Shown here piece after piece: positions 1 to 8,546 of a stretch of DNA of 35,938 nucleotides. The translations under genes were made by a program, and so were the position numbers. The notes below the pieces were generated by a model, which had not been told where the DNA came from, ran no database searches, and saw only the letters and a list, made by a program, of their open reading frames with translations. Each line of letters starts with the position of its first letter. The first letter of the stretch is position 1. Where the stretch lies: the IMG/VR virus record IMGVR_UViG_3300045988_106014, one strand, 5' to 3'. The stretch is from a virus.

Positions 1-99
1 GTTTTTTTTTCGGCTTTGCCGTCGTCAGCGTGTTCAGATTCCACAGCGTAAGGATTTCGGGCAGAACTTGATAGATGCTGAACACCTCGAAGGAATCCA
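1..99. repeat. 99-bp terminal direct repeat, identical to 35840..35938 (circular-assembly overlap)
   Basis: Base-for-base identity of GTTTTTTTTTCGGCTTTGCCGTCGTCAGCG...GAAGGAATCCA at both window ends. The repeat cuts through an ORF. Confidence 0.95.
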
Positions 100-352
100 G
101 CCATTCTTCCACGCTGGACGGAACAGCGTCCTTGTCAGCGTGCTTCGCCATGATGTAGGCCACATTCTCAAACAGTCCAAGGTCGGTAGCTTCAAACTGT
201 TCCTGTTCGGTGGTGGCCTTTTCGTAAGCGTCGGACAGCTTCGACAAGTCCTGCATGATGTCACGCCCAAACTTGATACGGTACAGGCGTGGCACGGCAG
301 CAGTGGCACGCAGGCGGACTTCTTTGCCGTCGATGTTGATGGTTTTTTCCAT
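1..352 (-). CDS. tail assembly chaperone, gpG-like (first 352 nt; ORF continues across the circular junction and stops at 35832..35834)
   Basis: ATG at 352-350 with AGGAGA 8 nt upstream. Translates MEKTINIDGKEVRLRATAAVPRLYRIKFGRDIM...LNTLTTAKPKKKQG (119 aa in total). Lies between the major tail and tape measure genes. Not in the ORF track because it runs off the left edge. Confidence 0.8.
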   Translation of the reverse strand, partial: MEKTINIDGKEVRLRATAAVPRLYRIKFGRDIMQDLSKLSDAYEKATTEQEQFEATDLGLFENVAYIMAKHADKDAVPSSVEEWLDSFEVFSIYQVLPEILTLWNLNTLTTAKPKKK

Positions 353-393
353 GTGTATGATCTCCTGTATACAGGGTGTTCCGGTGGAACACT

Positions 394-963
394 TTAGGCT
401 GCATCAGTGGGCAGGGTAACGCTTGTGTACCAGCCGTTCAGCGTGGCGGGGGTGGCATCGTCTGCCGTGTGGGCCTTGATCGTACCGTCAGCCATCGGGG
501 ACACGGTGATGGTGGAAGTCTGGGTGTCGGGGTCGGTGGTTTCGCTCTTGGTGTTGGCGTTGATGCCGGGGCGGGTTGCCGAACAGTTGTAAAGCACATA
601 CTTACGCCCGGTGGTGTCGCCGTCCACTTCAAACAGCAGGGCGAAACTGGCGGGCTGGACGTTGGCATTCTCGACGATCAGACCGTTTTTGCTTTTCGTC
701 ATGCCCCAGATGTCAAGCATCATCTGTTCGGGGAACATGGCAACTTCAAAGTCGCCGGAATAGCCGTTGTTGCTCTGGCAGACATAGTACACAATGCCGT
801 CTGCGTAGAACTTCGTGACTTCACCCTCGGCATCCAGAGACAGCGACACACTGCCGGGGATGGCAACAGGGGTGTCGAAGGTGATCGTACCATCTTCGGT
901 AGTCGTCTTGTGCTTGGCATAGTGCGCGTTTTTGAGATTGAAAAGCACTTTATCTTTAGACAT
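394..963 (-). CDS. major tail protein (phi13-family-like)
   Basis: 189-aa ORF MSKDKVLFNLKNAHYAKHKT...; position directly upstream of the G/GT chaperone; sequence pattern typical of siphovirus major tail proteins. Confidence 0.8.
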   Translation of the reverse strand: MSKDKVLFNLKNAHYAKHKTTTEDGTITFDTPVAIPGSVSLSLDAEGEVTKFYADGIVYYVCQSNNGYSGDFEVAMFPEQMMLDIWGMTKSKNGLIVENANVQPASFALLFEVDGDTTGRKYVLYNCSATRPGINANTKSETTDPDTQTSTITVSPMADGTIKAHTADDATPATLNGWYTSVTLPTDAA

Positions 964-965
964 TT

Positions 966-1286
966 TTACACCTCAATTTCATAGATGACATAGAACATCT
1001 GTTCTTCGTCAATGTAGATTTCATCGGACTTTCTGTAAAAGATGCCCGCCGCCGTCAGCGCTTTTTCAAGCGCCGCTTCGGCGTCCGGGTCTTTCTCGGC
1101 TGTGTACAGTTCAAGGCCATAGCGGGTCTTTTTGGCGTACACAATGCCGTCTGCCGCAAAAGGATTATCGCGTTCAAAATAGAACACGCCGAACGGCAGA
1201 TCATGGCCGTTTTTCCATGCACGGTATACGAACGGAATACCGCTGCCGTCCAGAACCGTTTTTAACTCTGCCTGCGTCAACTGCAA
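966..1286 (-). CDS. tail terminator / tail completion protein (assigned by position)
   Basis: 106-aa ORF immediately upstream of the major tail gene and tightly spaced with it. No motif recognised. Confidence 0.45.
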   Translation of the reverse strand: MQLTQAELKTVLDGSGIPFVYRAWKNGHDLPFGVFYFERDNPFAADGIVYAKKTRYGLELYTAEKDPDAEAALEKALTAAGIFYRKSDEIYIDEEQMFYVIYEIEV

Positions 1287-1307
1287 TACCTCCGTTTCAA
1301 CTTTTTA

Positions 1308-1336
1308 TTGCATATATCGTGCATTTCTGCTATGCT
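1308..1336 (+). promoter_or_regulatory. sigma-A-type promoter for the plus-strand exonuclease moron (TTGCAT-17 nt-TATGCT)
   Basis: TTGCAT at 1308-1313, 17-nt spacer, TATGCT at 1331-1336; about 30 nt upstream of ATG 1368, which has an AAGGGTG SD. Confidence 0.4.
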
Positions 1337-1367
1337 GGTAGTAAATAAATGCGAAAGGGTGTTACTT

Positions 1368-1820
1368 ATGGCAAAGTGTAAACGCTGCGGCAAGTGGGGG
1401 CTTTTCTTAAAGCTGAACAGTTTCGGTCAATGCGAAAAGTGTGAAAAGGAACTTGCAGAAGCGGCACGCCTAGAACGGGAACGCAAGAAAGCAGCCTTTT
1501 GGGAAGAACTAAACAATCTTCCGCACGCAGAAATACGCCGTGACGGTGTGAAGCAAAAGGCGCAGCCTGTGTCTTATCTCAAAGAAGCAATGACATATCC
1601 CCGCGTTACAGCCAAGAGCAACGCCGCCAAGTTCGCGGATTTTGTTGTTCTGGACACCGAAACAACGGGGCTGTCATGCACTAAAGATGCAGTTCTGGAA
1701 GTTGCGGCAATCAAGGTAAAGAGTTTTAAATTTGTTGAGGTATTCCATACAATGATTACCCCCCCCCGCAGAAACTTTCGATGGATTCCGCGCGTGAGGC
1801 TATGTCCGTCAATGGCATAA
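1368..1820 (+). CDS. DEDDh (DnaQ-like) 3'-5' exonuclease, N-terminal fragment with Zn-ribbon (frame broken at the C9 tract)
   Basis: CKRCG...CEKCE zinc ribbon, then Exo I motif FVVLDTETTGL. The frame ends 18 codons after the C9 run. Confidence 0.75.
   Translation: MAKCKRCGKWGLFLKLNSFGQCEKCEKELAEAARLERERKKAAFWEELNNLPHAEIRRDGVKQKAQPVSYLKEAMTYPRVTAKSNAAKFADFVVLDTETTGLSCTKDAVLEVAAIKVKSFKFVEVFHTMITPPRRNFRWIPRVRLCPSMA
1759..1767 (+). repeat. homopolymeric C9 tract at the frame break of the exonuclease gene
   Basis: attaCCCCCCCCCgcag. The downstream frame is open from 1739, so the two frames overlap exactly around this tract. Confidence 0.9.
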
Positions 1821-2233
1821 CACCCGAAATGTTAGAGGGTGCGCCGATGCTGTACCAGATCATCCCGTCACTGCAAGAGTTCATCGGGGATATGCCGCTT
1901 CTCGGCCACAATCTGGAATTTGATTTAAAATTCCTGTGCCGCGCGGGTCTGGATGTCACGCCGGAAACGCGCCGCTTCTACGATACCTACGAACTGGCCG
2001 GGCATCTTCTGAAAAAGCCAAAGTGGACTTATGACAGGGATTCGGGCGGCTATGGGCCGAACTATAACCAAAACTATGATGTTATGGATTATAAGTTGGG
2101 AACCCTGTGCGCGCACTTCTGGATTGACAGAATGGATGCGCACCGCGCGTTGGGTGACTGCGTAGATACCGCAAAGGTATTTCGCTACTTGCTGGAAAAG
2201 AAGATAGATACCACGGCAGGCTTTGACAGCTAA
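1781..2233 (+). CDS. DEDDh exonuclease, C-terminal fragment (Exo II and Exo III motifs)
   Basis: NGITPEML, GHNLEFDLKFL (Exo II), HRALGDCVDTAKVF (Exo III, DEDDh type). Lies in the -1 frame relative to 1368..1820. Confidence 0.75.
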   Translation: MDSAREAMSVNGITPEMLEGAPMLYQIIPSLQEFIGDMPLLGHNLEFDLKFLCRAGLDVTPETRRFYDTYELAGHLLKKPKWTYDRDSGGYGPNYNQNYDVMDYKLGTLCAHFWIDRMDAHRALGDCVDTAKVFRYLLEKKIDTTAGFDS

Positions 2234-2234
2234 G

Positions 2235-2624
2235 TTACTTCGCGCTGTAAATTTTCTTCACACCGTTCATAACACGTTCAATCGCTCTTTCTTCGGCGGG
2301 TTTGATGTGCGGGTACGCCTGCACGCGCCCGCCGTTTTTCTTTGCGTGACCGTTTTCCAAGAGGTGGGTAAGCTGCCACGCAGAGCGGTTGCGGACAATC
2401 TCGCGCAGGCTGTCATTATCTTCCCATAGGGGCTTTATAGACCAGCCCTTGCGATATTTGCCCGTTCTGACAGGTGACGCGCTTTGAATTTCTTCCTTGC
2501 AGATTTTTGCCGTTTCACGAATCAGTTCTTTCGTTTCTTTGGTTGCCGCTTTGGAATAAGATTCAAGCTCCTTTCGGATAGCTGCCGCCAGTTGCTCCGG
2601 CTTGACCTTAATCGTGCTGCTCAT
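2235..2624 (-). CDS. HK97 gp10-family head-tail joining protein
   Basis: 129 aa; RTGKYRKGW and NGHAKKNGGRV pattern typical of the HK97 gp10 family; position in the connector module. Confidence 0.7.
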   Translation of the reverse strand: MSSTIKVKPEQLAAAIRKELESYSKAATKETKELIRETAKICKEEIQSASPVRTGKYRKGWSIKPLWEDNDSLREIVRNRSAWQLTHLLENGHAKKNGGRVQAYPHIKPAEERAIERVMNGVKKIYSAK

Positions 2625-2932
2625 GTGACGCCCCTTTTGGTTGCCGCGTACAGTTCCAGCGTGTCAGGGTCAGCCTGATAGGTGCGGTAAATCAGCTTTC
2701 TTTTGCCGTCCACCATGGCGTATTTCTCGCCGCTGTAATCCCACGGGCGCAGCACGAATTTCTGTACATTGCTGTACCCGTGGGAACCGGCGGTAAAAGA
2801 TTCTTCCCGGCTCACACTCTTAATGTCACCGTACACCGTCACGCGGCCCGTCTCGGTTTCGGTCTGCCTGCCCAACGCGTCAGTATCGGAACTGTCCGTT
2901 GCAATCAGAATAATTTCATCGCTGAAATACAT
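2621..2932 (-). CDS. head closure / head-tail adaptor protein (SPP1 gp16-like)
   Basis: 103 aa; 4-nt overlap with the next gene; position between the gp6-like and gp10-like genes. Confidence 0.6.
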   Translation of the reverse strand: MYFSDEIILIATDSSDTDALGRQTETETGRVTVYGDIKSVSREESFTAGSHGYSNVQKFVLRPWDYSGEKYAMVDGKRKLIYRTYQADPDTLELYAATKRGVT

Positions 2933-2933
2933 A

Positions 2934-3206
2934 TCAGCCCTCCAGATAATCCCCGCACAGGCTCAAACTGACCGCAAGGCTTTCATAGCTTTTCTGGTAG
3001 CGTTCGGCATCGCTGCCGCCGTACCCGAAATTACCCTTACAGTACAGCTTGACAGCCTGCTTGATAAGCGGGTCGTTGTCACTGATCTTTACGACACCAC
3101 GTTTGCGCAGATCAGCTTTGCAGGCAGCAATCAAATCTGTAAGTTCATCATCAAACGCAGTCTTGTTCTTGTTGCGCAGCACCCACACTCTTGCAAGTTC
3201 AAGCAC
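2934..3206 (-). CDS. gp6-like head-tail connector protein
   Basis: 90 aa; LTDLIAACKADL...AVKLYCKGNFGY pattern; first gene after the major capsid. Confidence 0.65.
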   Translation of the reverse strand: MLELARVWVLRNKNKTAFDDELTDLIAACKADLRKRGVVKISDNDPLIKQAVKLYCKGNFGYGGSDAERYQKSYESLAVSLSLCGDYLEG

Positions 3207-3224
3207 GGTTTACACCTCCGGGGG

Positions 3225-4499
3225 TTACACCTTGGCAGCTTCGCCCTTTTTGATGATGATAACGCCGTTGGGGTCAAGCAGCTTGCCGTCACAGATGTGC
3301 AGCACCTTGGTCTTGACGGTGTTATCGTCGTGATCCATCCACTTGACGGCGGCAAACTGACCGTTGCTGTTCTCGGCGTAGTCGCTGGGGTTGAAGTACA
3401 CGGCAATGACATCATCCTTGGCGGCAGCATCGAAGTTGGGGATGATGTCATCCTCGACGGTCTCCACAGGTTTGCCGCAGAAGCGGTACGTCTCTCCGCC
3501 GTCGATGCCGTAGTTCACACGCCCGATGGGCTGGCCGTTCTTATCGACCATGCCGTCAATGTAGCCGTCAAACGTGCCCTGCGCCATGGCAAACTCACCC
3601 TTGCGGTACGCCTTGGGAATCTTGGCGATGACCTTCTTGTGCCATGCGGAATAGTCGCCGATCTCATCAGGGGAAAGAACGACAACATTCTTGGTGGGCA
3701 CGCGGCTGTCCTTGGTGATGCCACAGAACTGCCCGCTGCCGGTACCGGAAATGATGGCCTTTTCCTTTGCGGCAACGATAGCTTCCACAGCCAGCGGCAC
3801 AAACATCTGCTGGAATTCGTCGAAGGTGACGACGGACGCAAGCAGGGTCTGTGCGATTTTGCATTCCAGACCGTAGTAGCTGAAGGAAACCTTCGTATTG
3901 GCGGTCAGCTTCTGATCGTCGCTGGACTTGCTCTCACCAATCCAGTTTGCGGTAGGCTTCAAGGTCAGAATCGGGAACTCGACACCGCCCTGCACGTTCA
4001 GCTTGCGGATTTTGGCGTACAGGTTGCCGTAGGACTTCATCTCGCGGATGATCTCGCGGGTGATCGTGGTGGGGATGACCGCGCTCGCGTCGGTGGTGGT
4101 CGTGGTAGCGGCCACATTCAGCATCGGGGCCACGCTGGCGCGCAGATCGGCGGGAATCTCGGTGCCGCGGCAGACGAAGTTCATAAACGCCGTGCGGTAC
4201 TCGTTCGTCTCGCTGGGGTCGGTATGGGCGGTCTGGGCGCCGAAGTTGTTGATCGTGACCATGTGCGGGGCAGCGTTGGTCTGGTCGGGGGTTACATCGG
4301 GCAGTTTGTAACTGCGGTTGCCGTTTTCCAGCGCGGCCAGATTCGCGCGGGCCTGTGCGGCAGCTTCATAATCCGCGTCAAGCTGGTTGATCTCATCGCG
4401 GCAGCGGTTGGAAGTCTCGATGTCGCCCGCGTCGATGGCGGCGCGCATATCGTTCAGCAGTTTGGTGCGCTGGGCATTGTACTGTTCTTTCGTCATCAT
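3225..4499 (-). CDS. major capsid protein, HK97 family (with N-terminal delta/scaffold-like coiled coil)
   Basis: Start chosen at ATGATG 4499-4494 (GGAG 8 nt upstream), directly after the protease stop. The longer ORF-track start at 4694 overlaps the protease gene. Confidence 0.9.
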   Translation of the reverse strand: MMTKEQYNAQRTKLLNDMRAAIDAGDIETSNRCRDEINQLDADYEAAAQARANLAALENGNRSYKLPDVTPDQTNAAPHMVTINNFGAQTAHTDPSETNEYRTAFMNFVCRGTEIPADLRASVAPMLNVAATTTTTDASAVIPTTITREIIREMKSYGNLYAKIRKLNVQGGVEFPILTLKPTANWIGESKSSDDQKLTANTKVSFSYYGLECKIAQTLLASVVTFDEFQQMFVPLAVEAIVAAKEKAIISGTGSGQFCGITKDSRVPTKNVVVLSPDEIGDYSAWHKKVIAKIPKAYRKGEFAMAQGTFDGYIDGMVDKNGQPIGRVNYGIDGGETYRFCGKPVETVEDDIIPNFDAAAKDDVIAVYFNPSDYAENSNGQFAAVKWMDHDDNTVKTKVLHICDGKLLDPNGVIIIKKGEAAKV

Positions 4500-4500
4500 G

Positions 4501-5157
4501 TTAGACAACTCCTTTTTTGATAAGATTTTCATAATCGGTTTTGGCCTGCGCCAAAGCAGCGGCGTTCTGATCGCGGAACATGGCAAGCGTCTTTTGCACG
4601 ACGCTTTCGGGCAGCAGTCCGGGCACGTCGGCAGCGACAAGGTCGCCGCCCATGACTTCATCCACAAGGCCAAGTTCCACGGCGCGGCGGGCATCGACCC
4701 ATGTTTCCGCGTCCATCATGGCGCGGATTTCATCGCGGGTTTTCCCGGTTTTACGCATATAGGCGTTGGCAAGGGCATCACAGGCAATATCAAGCCGATC
4801 ACCTGCACGATGCAGTGCGCGGTAGTCTCCATCGGCGCTGCTGTACACATTATGAATCATCATCTGACCCACGGGAGAAATCATGCTGTGCCCGGCCATT
4901 GCAATGACGCTGGCAGCGCTGGCGGCGTAGATGATCTTGATATTGACCTCGCCGGGATACTCGCACAAGGCTGTGTAAATGTCCGCCCCGGCATGAACAT
5001 AACCGCCGCCGGAATTGATATACACTTCAATGGGCTGTCCGTTTGCGGCGGCAAGGGCATCCGCAACGTCTTTCGGCGTGGTGGATTCCATGTCAAACCA
5101 GTCGTAGACGCGCTTATAATCCTGCGGGATAATCACGCCTTTTACGTTTACTCTCAT
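4501..5157 (-). CDS. ClpP-like (S14) head maturation protease
   Basis: 218 aa; INSGGGYV and AASAASVIAMAG motifs; sits between the portal and capsid genes. Confidence 0.9.
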   Translation of the reverse strand: MRVNVKGVIIPQDYKRVYDWFDMESTTPKDVADALAAANGQPIEVYINSGGGYVHAGADIYTALCEYPGEVNIKIIYAASAASVIAMAGHSMISPVGQMMIHNVYSSADGDYRALHRAGDRLDIACDALANAYMRKTGKTRDEIRAMMDAETWVDARRAVELGLVDEVMGGDLVAADVPGLLPESVVQKTLAMFRDQNAAALAQAKTDYENLIKKGVV

Positions 5158-6347
5158 TCGGTTTCACCTCCCGACTTCGTTTGTTTTACGGGCGCGGTGT
5201 CAAGACGGCGGATGGGTTCGTCACCGCCTGCCACAGGGGCAAGGCCAAAGACAGCGCGCCACTCGTTGGGCAGCATAGCGCCGCGGTCAACCATGGATTC
5301 AAGGGAAAGTTTCGTGCTCATGCTGGCGTATTGCAGATTTGAACTTTCCAGATACAGCTTGTTCCCGAATGCGCGCTGCCGACGGTTCCACAGTTTGCGT
5401 GTGTGCTCGGCAGCGATTTGCAGCAGATCGGGTTCAACTTGGGCTTCGTAGTAGCTTATCCACTCATTTTCCGAAAAAGAGGATTTCACGATTTTTTCGT
5501 TTGTGTTGAAGAAGCTGTACAGCCGCGTGATGTTGTTTTGACTTTGCAGGGCGTTTGGCACATAGTCGTGCGGCTCCAACTGCACGGCATCGGCCTTTAC
5601 GTCCGTACCTGCAACGCCCGTGCTGTTGTTGTTATCAAGGAAAGCATCGGCAAAGTCCTTTGTCTGCTTCTTGATGTCCTCCGGGCGCATACCGCTGGAT
5701 GTGAATTTCAGCAGCCATCGGATGACCGCGCCGTTGCGAACAGCGTTGATGATGCTGCGGTCAGTCGTGCCGATGACTTCCATGACGCTTTGAAGCGCAG
5801 GGCCGGGCGGCGTGCCGAACACGTCATTTTCGTTGTAATCGTTGCGCAGATGGATAACGTCGGTATAGGCAAACGTCCATGTGCTGCCGTTCGGCAACCA
5901 GAATTGCAGCAGCAGTTCGCCCGCTTTGTTATAGAGGGCCTGCACACTGCTGGCGACGATGGGAAACAGCGCAACGGGGAAACCGTTGTCATCGCGCTGG
6001 ATAAGCGCAAACGCATTGTTGTTCAAGATCAACTGCGTTTCCATTTTCTCCGCGTACATCTGCCACGTCATGTACTGGTTCGGTTCTTCCAGCAGCAGGC
6101 GAATGTAGGGGTCTGGGTTCGTCTGCGTGTTGGTTTTGCCGTCCGGGCCGATGGTCGTTCGGATGTGGCGCGGCATGGCCTTGCCCACGGCCTTGATTTT
6201 CGGGCGGATGCAGGCGCGCACGATGTCGCTTTTGTACAGGTTCCCGTCGTAGACATACAGGCCGTTGCCTGTCTCCGTTACCATCTTGACTTGTGCTGCG
6301 GTGGGACTGCGGGCGACAGCCGCGCGCAACCGTTGAAAAATTCCCAT
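5154..6347 (-). CDS. portal protein, HK97 family
   Basis: 397 aa; position after TerL; 4-nt overlap with the protease gene. Confidence 0.85.
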   Translation of the reverse strand: MGIFQRLRAAVARSPTAAQVKMVTETGNGLYVYDGNLYKSDIVRACIRPKIKAVGKAMPRHIRTTIGPDGKTNTQTNPDPYIRLLLEEPNQYMTWQMYAEKMETQLILNNNAFALIQRDDNGFPVALFPIVASSVQALYNKAGELLLQFWLPNGSTWTFAYTDVIHLRNDYNENDVFGTPPGPALQSVMEVIGTTDRSIINAVRNGAVIRWLLKFTSSGMRPEDIKKQTKDFADAFLDNNNSTGVAGTDVKADAVQLEPHDYVPNALQSQNNITRLYSFFNTNEKIVKSSFSENEWISYYEAQVEPDLLQIAAEHTRKLWNRRQRAFGNKLYLESSNLQYASMSTKLSLESMVDRGAMLPNEWRAVFGLAPVAGGDEPIRRLDTAPVKQTKSGGETE

Positions 6348-6362
6348 GTGGGCATCCTCCGA

Positions 6363-8075
6363 TCAAATCATAGTTTTGTAATCATCCTGTCGGTCTTGGA
6401 ACACAACGAAAGCATCCAGCAGAGCGGCCAGACCGTCAATGCGCTTGCGCGCCTTGCTGGTTTTGTTCGGCTTGATGTTGCCGTTTTTATCTTCCACAAT
6501 GCCCGTGTTAGCAAGGCACCATTTCAAGACAGGGTTATTGTTGTAAATGATAAGTTTGCTATCAAAATCTGCACCTAACTGCTTCATGGGTAGCGACAGC
6601 GTTTTCATGGTCTGCTGCACGGGTACGAACACGCCCTTGCCGAAGGTGTCCTGCATTTCGTCTACCCAGTAGCTTGCAGACCATGCGTCATAGCCGCCAC
6701 AATAGATATAGCAGTCAAGTTCGTTCTGTACTTCAAGGAACCATTCCGTGACATCTTTCTGCCGGACTTTGTTGCCCTCACAGGTACGCAGATAGCCTTG
6801 TTCTTTCCACAGGTCGTAAGGAATACGATCTTCCCGCACGCGGCGTTCAAGCAGTTCTTCGGGCAACCAGAACATACACAGGACATAGATGTGCGGGTCG
6901 CCCGGAACCATGAATATAACGACAGCAGCGGTAAGGTCGGTAGTGCTGGAAAAGTCCGCGCCGCCGATGCCATACCGTGGCCGAAGCTGGCGCACGTCGA
7001 ATGTGGCGGTGTTGTTCAACTGCTCAAAAGTCAGCCATGCTTCGCCGATAGTTTCGGGAATGTTGAAATCCTTGCAAAGCAGGTTCTTCACAAGTTTCGG
7101 GTTTGCAATGGCTTTCTGCACCTTGGCCCGCAACTGCTCCACAGACTTGATCGTACCTAAGCCGGGGTTTGCCTTGGCCCAGCAGCTTTCGTCTGTCCAT
7201 TCCTTGCGGCTGTCCAGTTCGTAGATGACGGGCAGGAAGTGTTCGTTTTTATAGCCGTTGTCGTCATAAAAACCGTTTATGACATTTTCGGCTTCTTGAT
7301 ACAGATCATCGTACAGACCTTCGCGCACCGTGCCCGCCGTGGTAGTCTCGAAGATCATCGGCTGTTCACGGGCGGTCACACCGTCAACAATAACGTCATA
7401 CAGGGCGCGCATAGGCGGTGCCCATGCGTGAATTTCGTCCAGCAGACCGCCGTGAACATTCAAACCATCCTGTGTGTCGCTGTCGTGACCTAGGGGCTTG
7501 TACACGCTGTCGTTGAAGTCGGAAACCATTTCGGCGACAAGCGGCTTGATTTTGCCGTTCGGTGTTTTGCGCGTCCAGTGCAGCACAGGTGACTTGCAGA
7601 CCATGCGGCGGGCTTCCTGCCAGATGATCTTTGCCTGATCTTTTTTGGTGGCGACGGCGTAGATTTCCGCGCCGGGTTCACCGTCTGCAACCATCAAATA
7701 CAGGCCGATGGCCGCAGACAATGTTGACTTGCCGTTTTTACGGGCGACAACAAGCAGGACTTCCCGATACTTTCGCGTTCCGTCAATGACATGGACGAAT
7801 CCGAACATGGCGGCGACAAGCGCTTTTTGCCACAGTTCAAGGATGAACGGCTTGCCGCCCGCTTTGCCTTTGCTATGGCGGCAGTAGTTTTCGATGAACT
7901 CTATTGCATGGTTGGCGCGCTTGGCTTTGTAGGCATAATCGCCGCAGCCGTTGACGACATCCTGCGCAAGTTTGCGGTATACCGTGGCAACCTTTTTACT
8001 GACAACAACCTGTCCGTTTTCAATGGCAGCGTTGTATTCAAGTATCGGGTTGTAGGTCAGTGGATAGCGAATCAA
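6363..8075 (-). CDS. terL: terminase large subunit
   Basis: 570 aa; Walker A-like VVARKNGKST; size and position. Confidence 0.9.
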   Translation of the reverse strand: MIRYPLTYNPILEYNAAIENGQVVVSKKVATVYRKLAQDVVNGCGDYAYKAKRANHAIEFIENYCRHSKGKAGGKPFILELWQKALVAAMFGFVHVIDGTRKYREVLLVVARKNGKSTLSAAIGLYLMVADGEPGAEIYAVATKKDQAKIIWQEARRMVCKSPVLHWTRKTPNGKIKPLVAEMVSDFNDSVYKPLGHDSDTQDGLNVHGGLLDEIHAWAPPMRALYDVIVDGVTAREQPMIFETTTAGTVREGLYDDLYQEAENVINGFYDDNGYKNEHFLPVIYELDSRKEWTDESCWAKANPGLGTIKSVEQLRAKVQKAIANPKLVKNLLCKDFNIPETIGEAWLTFEQLNNTATFDVRQLRPRYGIGGADFSSTTDLTAAVVIFMVPGDPHIYVLCMFWLPEELLERRVREDRIPYDLWKEQGYLRTCEGNKVRQKDVTEWFLEVQNELDCYIYCGGYDAWSASYWVDEMQDTFGKGVFVPVQQTMKTLSLPMKQLGADFDSKLIIYNNNPVLKWCLANTGIVEDKNGNIKPNKTSKARKRIDGLAALLDAFVVFQDRQDDYKTMI

Positions 8076-8443
8076 TCCGCATCACGTCCCGCAACGAAAC
8101 TGTCAAACTGATCGCCCGCGTCAGTGGTGGGCGGCGGTGCGGTAGCCTTGGGCAGCAAGTCGGTCAGCTTGGAAAGCAGTGTCGCATAATTCTTGATGGT
8201 GGTATTGTAGCTTTTCAGTGCAGGATTTTCGCGCAGCATGGATTGTTCACCCTGCACGAAGAAATCCAGTGGGCCGATTTCGTCGGCCTTATTCTTCAAG
8301 GTGTCAAGCATCCCGGACATCCAGATCAGTTCCGACACGACGTTGCTTGCAAGCGCGCGGCGTTCTTCCGGCACAGATTCAATCGTAGATTTCAATTCCT
8401 TTTCGGTCAGAATCCGAATCGGCTGGTTCTTCTTCCGTGCCAT
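8072..8443 (-). CDS. terS: terminase small subunit (P27-family-like)
   Basis: Start at ATG 8443 (GGGAGGG 6 nt upstream): MARKKNQPIRILTEKELK...; 4-nt overlap with terL. Confidence 0.75.
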   Translation of the reverse strand: MARKKNQPIRILTEKELKSTIESVPEERRALASNVVSELIWMSGMLDTLKNKADEIGPLDFFVQGEQSMLRENPALKSYNTTIKNYATLLSKLTDLLPKATAPPPTTDAGDQFDSFVAGRDAD

Positions 8444-8517
8444 TGCACGCCCTCCCTTGCAAAAAAATATAGGGCCGCAAACCGCCGACATCCATCGACA
8501 GTTTACGGCCCCACTCG

Positions 8518-8546
8518 GCCCTTAGTGCAGACCATTTACTGCACCG
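8518..8546. repeat. 29-bp perfect repeat, copy 1 (GCCCTTAGTGCAGACCATTTACTGCACCG) containing hairpin GTGCAG-N8-CTGCAC
   Basis: Identical 29-mer at 35162..35190. Both copies lie just upstream (minus-strand sense) of a major late gene. Confidence 0.9.

Noticed and set aside
2769-4520. 583-aa plus-strand ORF, plus similar long antisense ORFs: 376..984 +, 4387..5451 +, 5403..6578 +, 25986..28118 + (710 aa), 27742..28491 +, 31923..32876 +
   Set aside because: All lie antisense to confidently identified structural genes. They have low-complexity, Gly/Ala/Arg/Val-rich translations typical of shadow ORFs in GC-rich DNA, and no SD or promoter context.
4500-4694. N-terminal 65-codon extension of the capsid ORF (track start 4694)
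   Set aside because: It overlaps the protease gene in another frame and translates to a Cys/Pro/Trp-rich sequence. A good GGAG-spaced ATGATG start at 4499 follows the protease stop directly.
6673-6687. 15-bp exact repeat CTTGCAGACCATGCG at 6673..6687 and 7593..7607 inside terL, which partly resembles the 29-bp repeat
   Set aside because: About one exact 15-mer coincidence is expected in a 36-kb sequence, both copies are coding, and no flanking similarity exists.
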